Assembly (NCBI GenBank): GCA_907165135.1
Contig: OU015566.1
Coordinates: 10,726,001 to 10,790,000, forward strand
Length of the DNA stretch: 64,000 bases
Direction of reading: 5' to 3'
Origin: Oikopleura dioica
Taxonomy: Eukaryota; Animalia; Chordata
In this document: piece after piece, positions 1-10,900 of the stretch
Layout of the letters: each line of letters opens with the position of its first letter
Position numbering within the stretch: the first letter of the stretch is position 1
Position numbers and translations under genes: made by a program
The notes under the pieces: generated by a model
What the model saw: only the letters and a program-made list of their open reading frames with translations
The model's database searches: none
Told to the model about the DNA's origin: nothing

Positions 1-400
1 ATTGGCACTTGAACAGAACTTTTCTTTGTAACTTCGCCACTGCTGCCGGATTCTATCTCAGGCGAAAGAGCCTGACTGTTTTCATCTGCTTGAGAAGGCT
101 CCTGTAATGGCGCATGTGGCGAGAGGGTACTTTTGTCGACTGGCGAGGCAGGGAGATCGACGCGCGAAGGGGGGATGCCGAAATTAGCCGCAGCGTCGCG
201 CGGCTTTTCTAGGGGGGAGTGCGTGTTCTCCTTCTCTCCCGGGTCGGCGATTTCGACGTCTGAATTGAAGGATAAATTTAGAATTTGACAATAATTGCTC
301 ATGATAGTCAGACTATATAAAGGATCCCAAAATAATCATTTGATAAGTTACCTTTTGGAAGGACTAATCGACTTCTTCGCGACCTACGACCGCCGCTCAT
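1..400 (-). CDS. 5' part of a spliced gene running off the window; basic N-terminus plus KEN box (sororin/CDCA5-like N-terminus, tentative)
   Basis: ATG at 400, exon MSGGRRSRRSRLVLPK, GT-AG intron, then an open exon DVEIADPGEKENTHSPLEKP... to position 1. Confidence 0.55.
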
Positions 401-553
401 TGGTCTAAAAATAATCCAACTTTATTCTTCAAAACTTTCTCTTATTGAAAGTGTGAAAAAAGTAACGATTCTAGCCCCAAATTGCCATTATAATCGATGA
501 GTTCACATGGAGATCTTGAGATTTTACGCTTCGTCTGTGAAAAATGCGCCGCG

Positions 554-565
554 CTGATTGGCCGA
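554..565. promoter_or_regulatory. CCAAT (NF-Y-like) box CTGATTGGCCGA upstream of the minus-strand gene
   Basis: Identical 12-mer at 58025-58036 in another divergent intergenic region; flanked by GCG-rich sequence. Confidence 0.45.
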
Positions 566-2023
566 GTACCGATCAGAACGAACCAAGAAATGGGAGGGAA
601 AGAAAAGACTGAAAGCGAACTGATAGCTCTACTCTATCTCTGATACGACATATTTTCGCAGGACAACAGATAACTTCTTCTTGAGAGTTCAAAGCTGTGG
701 GATAAACTTGAGAAAATGAACATGCTTTGAGGAATTCTAGAAATTTGCCCAAGAATCCTTCGAGTAAGCAAGTTCAGCCCTGTAAATCATCTTCTTGAAT
801 TCCCATTTCAAAATTCTAGAGAGGTCTATTCGAGTCGAAGGCTTGAGTAGACAGGAGTTTAAAAAAGTTTCTTCATCAGACCTTTTTATGAACTGTCTAA
901 CGAAGAAACGATTTTAAACTTCTCGCTATCAAAAAATATATTGAAGAATCATTTGATTTCAAATAGGAATAACCAGGAGCCCAAACTTGAATATCTAGAG
1001 AATTATGATGCGGTATTTTACTGTAATAATTCTGGAAATACGAAAGCATGAGGGACCAACTACCGAATCGATTCCGAAACTGTAACTGTCGAACTGACAG
1101 ATTATTCTTCCGCTGCCGGAGATGATCCCTTTAGGGCGTGACTCGGCAGTTTTTGACGTGACTCAGCGACGATCTTTAGAGTGGCGAATCGATTGAACAC
1201 TGTGGAACGTCCCAGTCGAAAACCGAGTAAAAATTAACAGAGAAACCGATTTGAGAATTAAATCATCGCAACTGAGAAAATAAGAAGAGAAACTTAAAGA
1301 AGCTTTTTCTTTTAACTTCCATTGAAACAAAGAGGTAAGATTGATGAAACGATGATGAACGGTAGATAAGGGCCAGCTACTTATAGTACAGTACTTACAG
1401 TACTTTTGATAAGGTAAAGAATAGCATCTGATAGGACCCATAAAATGTTGAAAACAGCTCTTGAAAATAGGGGTGGGGCGAACTTGTAAGGTCACCCTAG
1501 GTTAAAAACGGATTTCACTCTTCCTCCAGGCACAGCGTTTTTATTTTTATTATCCTCATTTTTTCGCTGCAAATTCATCTGAAAAGAAAGAGCTCAGTCG
1601 CTGCAAGAAAGCGTCAGGTATTTCTCCTGTCCGTTTTTCTGTTGACCTTTGTAAAGAATCGCTTCTTTCCCGGGTCTTTAAAAATTTATGTTTCCTCATA
1701 AAAAATTCCCTCTTCAGTTTTTTTTCTTTTCTAGAATTAAGAATCGTAATTATACTTTACGCTATGCGCAGTTTTCAAATATAATTTTTCTCTGAACATC
1801 AACGGTAACTTCTAAGAATTTATTCGTTACAATCACGAGACAGACCTTTCCTGTCCAAACTCCTGACGCTTTTTCTGTCTGAGTCACTGCGCAAATCTAA
1901 AATTTGAAATAGCACCATTTTTCGATCATTCGATTTTTCAAGAGATCTACTAATTGATTTTGACAGAGGGACACCTATTACCAAACGAATCAGAAGAAAA
2001 CAATTTAGTATTATTCAGAGAGG

Positions 2024-3884
2024 ATGGCAGACCTCTCGGACGATATTCGCCATCTTGTGGGGTAGTTATCGATTTTTTGCTTTTGTATTATTTCTAATTG
2101 TCCAATTTTCACTCAGTTTTTCAAAGAGAAAAATCGGCGGAAATATACTTAACCGTAAGAGAATTTTTTAATAAAGGCTTACTCTTGGCATCCTGTTTCT
2201 TATCTTGTTAATAACGAAAAACTTCAGATATACAATGGGCGATCCAACGATATCAAAGCTACAATCATTCGGTTTCAGTTTTTGGATATGCAACACGGCC
2301 ATTTGGTTTATTCTTTTCCTATCTTTTACCTATAAATTCCAGCCTTGGTTTCTTCAAAAAGCAGGTTAATATCCAACTGCTATTTATTCAATCATTTGAA
2401 TCTTATTTTCAGAAAGTCGCCTTGGAAAGTGGTACAGAACAGAGTGCACGGCGAATCAAATCAACTGCGCATCGTTAGTTTCATCGACAGTCCACGCGAT
2501 CCTGACATTCTTTGCCGGACTGTACATTGTCTGTATCGACCCAAATGTGACGTGGGAAACGCCCGAGTCGACGTCTAATATTTTAAAATGGGAAAGTGGT
2601 CCGATATTCTATTCTAGCCCACTTGACCTTTTTGAAAAGTTTTATTTTTACGATTGAATAGAAAAACTGTCACATGACCTCTTGAAAAGACGCAAAGTAT
2701 GTCGCTTGGCTATTTTTTGGCGGACTACATCGTCTTGATCCACACACGTGAGCTCGGCGGCACCGTTCCTATCTTGGCTCATCATACTACCGCCACGATC
2801 GCGTATTTGGTGTCACTTTGGTACAATAAAATGGGCTGGTACAGTTGCTTCCGGCTGTTGTCCGAGTTTTCTACCCCTTTTGTCAATCTTAGGTTTGTAA
2901 AACTCTCTTTCTGTCATCCATTTAAAATGGACCATTTTCTTTTTAGATGGATTCTGGTTTCCATCGGATTGAAAAACACCCGTCGCTACAAGATCAACGG
3001 CGTCCTCATGACCGCTTCTTTCTTCCTCTGCCGAATTTGCACCTTTCCGATTTACTGGTATTACGTCGCGCGTGTTTGGAACACGGAATCCTTCAACAAG
3101 TAAGAGACTTATCACGTGCTCGCTCTGGTGCTCATGCTCATTTTTACCATCGCTTAAAGTTGTTAATCCTCATCCCATTTCATAAAAATAGACTATCATT
3201 CTGGGCTCGGAAACCTGTTTAAAAAACCTGGGTCAGGGTCCGAAAGAAAACCTTTTTTTTTTTTGAGAATCTTTCAGAACCTGACTCAGTTTCTCTACAA
3301 GGACTGCAGAGCTCAGTTTTCACTTCAGTAGATTTGCATGCTTGTTTGTTAAATGTCTGTTTTTAGCGCTTTTAGCGAAAAAGTCACAAGGTCTGTTGGA
3401 AACCAATATCAATTTAAAATTTCGCTTTTAAATTGCGAGTTTGAGATCGCGCCTCACTCTTCGTAAATTAAAAATTTAATAATTAAAATATGCTTGATGC
3501 AAAAAATGATTGTCAAACCGAATTGATCAAATTTCTCAGCATTCCAAATGTGCTCTTCTTCTTTTGGATCGTTGGACCGCTGGCCTTGGACATTTTGAAT
3601 ACTTTCTGGTTCTACAAGATGTTCAGAGGAATGCTCAAAGCCCTACAGGTACACCCTTAAGTTTGATAAAAAGATCGTTTGATGAACTCTTTTTTTCCCC
3701 GTCTATATCGACGAATCTCTTAAAACTGCCCTAGAAATCGGACTTAACGGACGAACAAGCCTCGAAAACACACGAAGAACGCCGCCGAAAACGAGACCAA
3801 GTGAAAGACTTCATGAAGAACCGCTACGCCAGTCTAAAATCCATCGTTTTGCGAAGAAAAGCGATCCCAAAACGGAACGAATAG
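2024..3884 (+). CDS. TLC-domain membrane protein (TMEM56/TLCD4-like), multi-exon
   Basis: Spliced translation contains VSSTVHA, GYFLAD, AHH, LLSEFSTPFVNLRW, FFLCRI and LNTFWFYKM, typical TLC motifs; stop TAG 3882-3884; one GA-AG intron 2592-2689. Confidence 0.85.
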
Positions 3885-4140
3885 CGCTTTGTCAGATTAG
3901 TGCAAATCTTCATTCATTTACTTTTCAATTGTGTACCTATCTTGAGCTTCAAGACATGTTTCAACTTTCTTTTTCAAAAAACAAGAACCACCTGAAAATA
4001 ATTTAAAATAAAGTTAACTCACGTTCATATTTAAAAAATGAAAACCACTTGTGTGAATTCTTGCAGGAATAAATTTATCTTCTACGGATTAACGATCCGG
4101 GATTATCTGTTGAAATATCTGGGTAGAGAAACCTGTGTAC

Positions 4141-4454
4141 CAGGGTTCGGTAATTTGAGCTCACGCTAAAACTCAAGGAAACAAAGCTTGAGACTCACGT
4201 TTTTTAATTTGAGTTTTGAGAACTCAGAGATGAGAGCTCGCGTGAGGAATCAATTCTGGCGATCCATAAGCCAATCAAGGAAGCGCTCGCTTAATTTGAG
4301 TTTTGAAAACTCAAAACTCTCAAATCTCCCAAAAACTCAAAACTCTCAAATCTTCTCAAAATGATTTCTCAAGTCACTTTGAGTTCTCAATTTGAGGAAA
4401 TTTGAGCGTCTAGCCAAAATGAGTTTTAGCTTGAGCTCAAATTACCGAACCCTG
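4141..4454. mobile_element. hAT-type MITE
   Basis: TIRs CAGGGTTCGGTAATTTGAGCTCA...TGAGCTCAAATTACCGAACCCTG; perfect 8-bp TSD CTGTGTAC (4133-4140, 4455-4462); internal AACTCA/TGAGTT repeats. Confidence 0.92.
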
Positions 4455-4923
4455 CTGTGTACGCACTTGCGTCCGGGTCCTGATTCAGGACTCCTGAAAT
4501 AGCCTCGATAAAAGCCGCGTAGTAAATGCGCGTAGTTAATGATACGCGATCTGCTAAAGACCTTGACTCAGGTTTTTACACAGTATGATAAACCCAACCA
4601 AAGGATCCAAAAATAACATTTACATTCCTGAAGTCGAGGGGAACCCTCTTTTTCGAGATAGTCTGAAGCTACTCTAGAATAGACCCATCGACGGTGGGCC
4701 ATCGCCAAAACATCAAAAATAATCCCTTAGTAAGGGAGATGTCCAAGGTGGCTAAAACTCGGCAAGAGACCGAATTCGAAGACAATAGATTTTTTCGAAT
4801 CTCCCGCTTGGAAACTCGAAGTCGCCGTCGATTGGGGCCCGCCAGATTTGGCGCCATCCCCTATTCCGCGCGCTGATTTTTGTTGAATTCGAATTGAAAT
4901 TTTGAAATCTCGACGATTACAGA

Positions 4924-7900
4924 ATGCTACAGAGATTGTCTAGGACAGCACGAGCAACACGAATTCAAATAGCAAAAAGAGGAAATGCAACGCTGAGCTT
5001 CGAGGGAAAGGTTGCAGTTGTAACAGGTTTGGAAAAGTTCCTTTTCTATCTATTTTTCAAAAATAAGGTTCATTAGTAAAGTTGTTACTTATCAGGGGCT
5101 GGGAATGGACTTGGTAGAGAATACGCCCTTGAACTTGGAAAACGAGGAGCAAGCGTCTTTGTCAATGACTTTGGCGGTTCCGTTCACGGTGCAGGTATTC
5201 GTCATTTCCGCTTCGTTTGGGCGATATTAAAAATTTTATCGTCAGGTGCAGGCATATAAATTCGCTTGGCGATTTTCGCCGAAAGCGAAAGCGAAGCGAA
5301 AGCGAATCGAAAATTTCGCTTTCGCCCCCCCGAAAATGACACTCCTGATTTTCGCTTCGCTTTCGCTTTTTGTCCCCGATTTTCGCCAAAAATTCGCTTT
5401 CGCCGAGGCCTCGCTTTCGCCAAATTTTCGCTTATGGCGAATCTTCGCCAAAATTTCGCTTTCGCCAAGGCCTCGCTTTTGCCAGGAGTTTGCTTTCGCC
5501 AAAATTTCGCCAAATTCTCGCTTTCGCCAAGAGTTCGCTTTCGCCAATATTTGGCCGAATCTTACTTTTTTTTCTTTCAAAGCGGTATAAATAGGGGAAT
5601 CACTTAAAATTGAGCTCTTTTTCTAGCTTAGTAGGGTTTAATACAGTTTTAGGACACCTAGAAGCTGGGGATCATTTGGCTACTGATAGAGGGGGTGATC
5701 TGAGGGCATTTAGATACCTCCGAAGCTGGGGTCGGCAAGCCACCAAGCGATGGTTGGTCACCAACCGTTGGTGGAGGTGGGTGGGTTGACAAGAAAATCA
5801 AATTTTCACTGTTGGGGGTGGGTGGTGTTTGGTGGGTTATGGATTCTTTCGTAAGCGTTTTTCTGACCCCAAAATTTATAGACTAGAAGTTGATTACACC
5901 GATTCTTTGGTCATTTTTAACCAACAGAAGGAAAACGAAGTAGAGGTAAAGTCATTTCAGATAGAGAACTGATCTTTTTGAAAGATTTCGCCAAAAAAAT
6001 TTGGCCGAAAAATCTTTCCCACCACTTCCCACCATTTCAGATTTTTTAGGCTTGAGGGTGGGGTGGGTGGGTTGCCCACCACCACTCACCCACCATCCAC
6101 CGACCCACCATTTCCACCATTTTTTGCAGACCCCAGCTCCGAAGTCCCATAATCTGGCCAACTTCGTAAATGGGAATTTTTGAAAGACTAAGACTTTTAG
6201 GGGCTGCCACCTATACTCGATGTTAGCCCAGGCTCTGGCTGTCATTTTGAGCTCTAGAAAAGTAGGGAGGAGATGGGGTATCTTGGGAGCTAGGGGCTCT
6301 TGAAGTCGGAGAACTCGGCAAAAATTGAGTACTTTTTCCAAAAAGTCTTTTTGTCGATTTCAATTCATTTAAAAATGTTGAAGTTGTCATTTGGGGTCAT
6401 CTGAGGTCAGGTCGGGTCAGTTATCAGAGTTTTCTGAATTTTCAATTATTTTTGACCAAGAGTGACCTCAGTTGACCCTAAACGACATCTTAAACACTTA
6501 TGAATGAATAAACGTCGATTGAAAGAATTCAAATCGTGTACTTTTTGGGAAAAAGTACTCAATTTTGGTCGAGTTCCCTAACTTGAAGAGCCCCTAGCTC
6601 CGCAGATACCCCACCCCCGCCCTACATTTCTAGAGCTCAAAATGACTGCCAGAGCCTGGGCCTTCAAAAATTCTCGGTTTTAGAAAGCCCAGAAGCTGAG
6701 CTTTCATTTGGACGGGTATCCCATATCAAGGGGTCAAGGCATTCATGGGACCGGAAGTTCCGAAATCGGAACTAGATCTCTTCAATCGAATTTTCGAGTA
6801 GAGGAAAACGGCTCAAATGAAAGCTCAGTTTCTGGGTGTTCCAAAACTGTGTCATAATTATTATACTTAAGGACCCCCCCGTCAACAATTTTCGAAAAAT
6901 CTTTTTTCGGAATTTCAAAATTTTGACCCCGGAAATGGATTCTACAGGTCAAAAAACGATTTAGAGGCTTAATTTTTTGGGGGTCTATCTCGACTCTAAG
7001 ACTCTCAAAATCGCGTTTGAAAATCGGACTTTTGACGAAAAATGATGAAAGTCCAACTTTTGCTAAAATTTTGGATTTTTATTTGTCAAATATTGGTCCG
7101 AACAAGTTTTACTGATGAATTGAACTTCCAGGCACACTAAGAAGCCAAAATATGGCTATTTTGAAATTTTCGATTTTTGAAGAAAATTGTTGACGGGGGT
7201 CCTTAATTAGAGAAATGGGTCGAAGTTTAATCTTATTAGATCGCTTTCAATTTCGGCGAAATTTCGCTTTCGGCGAATTTTCGCTTTTGGTAAATTTTCG
7301 CTTTCGGCGAATTTTCGCTTTGGCGAAATTTCGCTTTTGGCGAATTTTCGCTTTTGGCGAATTTTCGCTTTTGGCGAATTTTTCGCTTGGCGAATTCGCT
7401 TTCGCTTCGCTGTGCAAGATAGGCGTTCGCTTCGCTTTCGCTTCGCTTTTTGGTTGGAAGAATTTTTCGCTTTCGCTTCGCGTTCGCTTTGGGTTTTCGA
7501 ACGAAATTTATATGCCTGCTGCCACCTATACTCGATGTTAGCCCAGGCTCTGGCTGTCATTTTGAGCTCTAGAAAAGTAGGGAGGAGATGGGGTATCTTG
7601 GGAGCTAGGGGCTCTTGAAGTCGGAGAACTCGGCAAAAATTGAGTACTTTTTCCAAAAAGTCTTTTTGTCGATTTCAATTCATTTAAAAATGTTGAAGTT
7701 GTCATTTGGGGTCATCTGAGGTCAGGTCGGGTCAGTTATCAGAGTTTTCTGAATTTTCAATTATTTTTGACCAAGAGTGACCTCAGTTGACCCTAAACGA
7801 CATCTTAAACACTTATGAATGAATAAACGTCGATTGAAAGAATTCAAATCGTGTACTTTTGGGAAAAAGTACTCAATTTTGGTCGAGTTCCCTAACTTGA

Positions 7901-10900
7901 AGAGCCCCTAGCTCCGCAGATACCCCACCCCCGCCCTACATTTCTAGAGCTCAAAATGACTGCCAGAGCCTGGGCCTTCAAAAATTCTCGGTTTTAGAAA
8001 GCCCAGAAGCTGAGCTTTCATTTGGACGGGTATCCCATATCAAGGGGTCAAGGCATTCATGGGACCGGAAGTTCCGAAATCGGAACTAGATCTCTTCAAT
8101 CGAATTTTCGAGTAGAGGAAAACGGCTCAAATGAAAGCTCAGTTTCTGGGTGTTCCAAAACTGTGTCATAATTATTATACTTAAGGACCCCCCCGTCAAC
8201 AATTTTCGAAAAATCTTTTTTCGGAATTTCAAAATTTTGACCCCGGAAATGGATTCTACAGGTCAAAAAACGATTTAGAGGCTTAATTTTTTGGGGGTCT
8301 ATCTCGACTCTAAGACTCTCAAAATCGCGTTTGAAAATCGGACTTTTTGACGAAAAATGATGAAAGTCCAACTTTTGCTAAAATTTTGGATTTTTATTTG
8401 TCAAATATTGGTCCGAACAAGTTTTACTGATGAATTGAACTTCCAGGCACACTAAGAAGCCAAAATATGGCTATTTTGAAATTTTCGATTTTTTGAAGAA
8501 AATTGTTGACGGGGGGGTCCTTAATTAGAGAAATGGGTCGAAGTTTAATCTTATTAGATCGCTTTCAATTTCGGCGAAATTTCGCTTTCGGCGAATTTTC
8601 GCTTTTGGTAAATTTTCGCTTTCGGCGAATTTTCGCTTTTGGCGAAATTTCGCTTTTGGCGAATTTTCGCTTTTGGCGAATTTTCGCTTTTGGCGAATTT
8701 TTCGCTTGGCGAATTCGCTTTCGCTTCGCTGTGCAAGATAGGCGTTCGCTTCGCTTTCGCTTCGCTTTTTGGTTGGAAGAATTTTTCGCTTTCGCTTCGC
8801 GTTCGCTTTGGGTTTTCGAACGAAATTTATATGCCTGGTCAGGTGGATCAACATCGGCAGCAGACGCGGTGGTCGCCGAGATCATCGCAGCTGGCGGCTC
8901 AGCCAAGGCAAACTATGCTAGCGTCGAACAGCCCAGCGAAATCATTGATCCAGTCTTGGAGGAGTTTGGGAAAGTCGATATTCTCATCAACAATGCGGGC
9001 ATTTTGAGAGACAAGAATATCCTCCGGATTAGTCAAGAGTGAGTATCTTTATTTGAGACCGAATTTACTACTGAACTGCTTGCGGTTTTCTGCTATTATT
9101 AAATTTGATTGAAGATGTTGATTTTCTGGAGACAACAACGATTTTTTCGTCATAAAAATTTATTAAACAAAGCGCAAGGATAAATCAACTTCTGCGTACC
9201 TAAAAATGACTTGGTCTATTTGAGGGAACAAAGAACTATGCTGACTGTTCTCTAGAGACTGGGACGACATAATCTCCATCCACCTGACTTCCGCCTTCAA
9301 GCTCTCGCAGCAAGTCTTCCCAGTGATGAAGCAGAACAAATTCGGCAAGATTATCAACACTACATCCGCATCAGGCCTCTACGGCAACTTCGGGCAAGTA
9401 AACTACTCCGCCGCCAAGATGGGCCTCGTTGGATTGACAAAAACACTGTTTTTTTTAGGTTGGCCCATCATTTGTCCTTTATAGGCTCTTAACTGGTAAG
9501 AGATAGGACCATATGAACAATAGAAAACTTGTAGAGGAGGGTTTGGAGGTGGTGCAGAGGGGGTTGAGAATTTCAAGAGGTCACGTGGTTATGACGTAAT
9601 AGGGGCCCAAAGTTGGGAAAGTCGAAAATTGAGAATTTAAGGTCATGGGGCCATTATAATTTAACATTTTAAATGAAAAATAAGTCATGTGACATCGATG
9701 ACTCATTGATGGTCCTCCGGAGGATACAGCTGGTGGAAGAACTTTGCTGGAAGACCAACACAAATTTTAATTTTCTAAAAAATAATATTCATTCATATGA
9801 TAGATTTTATCATGTGACTAAAGCTAACATTCCAGAGGTCCTCCGGAGGACTCAACTACTGGAAGAAATTTGCTGGAAGAACAAAAAATTCTTTTTCTTT
9901 TTTTAAATTTAAGGGGCTTGACGGCCCTTCGGGCCGTTTCAGCCCCGTTCCTTGATTTTTAAATTTAAGGGGCTTGACGGCCCTTCGGGCCGTTTCAGCC
10001 CCGTTCCTTGATTTTTAAATTTAAGGGGCTTGACGGCCCTTCGGGCCGTTTCAGCCCCGTTCCTTGATTTTTAAATTTAAGGGGCTTGACGGCCCTTCGG
10101 GCCGTTTCAGCCCCGTTCCTTGATTTTTAAATTTAAGGGGCTTGACGGCCCTTCGGGCCGTTTCAGCCCCGTTCCTTGATTTTTAAATTTAAGGGGCTTG
10201 ACGGCCCTTCGGGCCGTTTCAGCCCCGTTCCTTGATTTTTAAATTTAAGGGGCTTGACGGCCCTTCGGGCCGTTTCAGCCCCGTTCCTTGATTTTTAAAT
10301 TTAAGGGGCTTGACGGCCCTTCGGGCCGTTTCAGCCCCGTTCCTTGATTTTTAAATTTAAGGGGCTTGACGGCCCTTCGGGCCGTTTCAGCCCCGTTCCT
10401 TGATTTTTAAATTTAAGGGCTTGACGGCCCTTCGGGCCGTTTCAGCCCCGTTCCTTGATTTTTAAATTTAAGGGGCTTGACGGCCCTTCGGGCCGTTTCA
10501 GCCCCGTTCCTTGATTTTTAAATTTAAGGGGCTTGACGGCCCTTCGGGCCGTTTCAGCCCCGTTCCTTGATTTTTAAATTTAAGGGGCTTGACGGCCCTT
10601 CGGGCCGTTTCAGCCCCGTTCCTTGATTTTTAAATTTAAGGGCTTGACGGCCCTTCGGGCCGTTTCAGCCCCGTTCCTTGATTTTTAAATTTAAGGGGCT
10701 TGACGGCCCTTCGGGCCGTTTCAGCCCCGTTCCTTGATTTTTAAATTTAAGGGGCTTGACGGCCCTTCGGGCCGTTTCAGCCCCGTTCCTTGATTTTTAA
10801 ATTTAAGGGGCTTGACGGCCCTTCGGGCCGTTTCAGCCCCGTTCCTTGATTTTTAAATTTAAGGGGCTTGACGGCCCTTCGGGCCGTTTCAGCCCCGTTC

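Larger units (their letters stand above)
5249..8837. mobile_element. Composite non-autonomous hAT-like element with subterminal TTTCGC repeats, nested MITEs and an internal 1.3-kb tandem duplication
   Basis: TIR CAGGCATATAAATT...AATTTATATGCCTG; 8-bp TSD GTCAGGTG at 5241-5248 and 8838-8845; extra right end at 7518. Confidence 0.92.
6204..8837. repeat. Tandem duplication 6204-7518 / 7519-8837
   Basis: Both copies begin CTGCCACCTATACTCG and end at the hAT right TIR; the differences seen are homopolymer lengths. Confidence 0.95.

Noticed and set aside
660-1165. Possible small plus-strand gene
   Set aside because: Splice-like sites are present, but I could not assemble a consistent reading frame.
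3225-3291. Short imperfect hairpin in a TLC gene intron
   Set aside because: Too short and degenerate, no TSD; cannot be called a MITE or ncRNA.
5162-8906. Many overlapping F/R/A/K-rich ORFs on both strands
   Set aside because: Artefacts of stop-poor TTTCGC subterminal repeats and duplicated MITE sequence; no transposase motifs.
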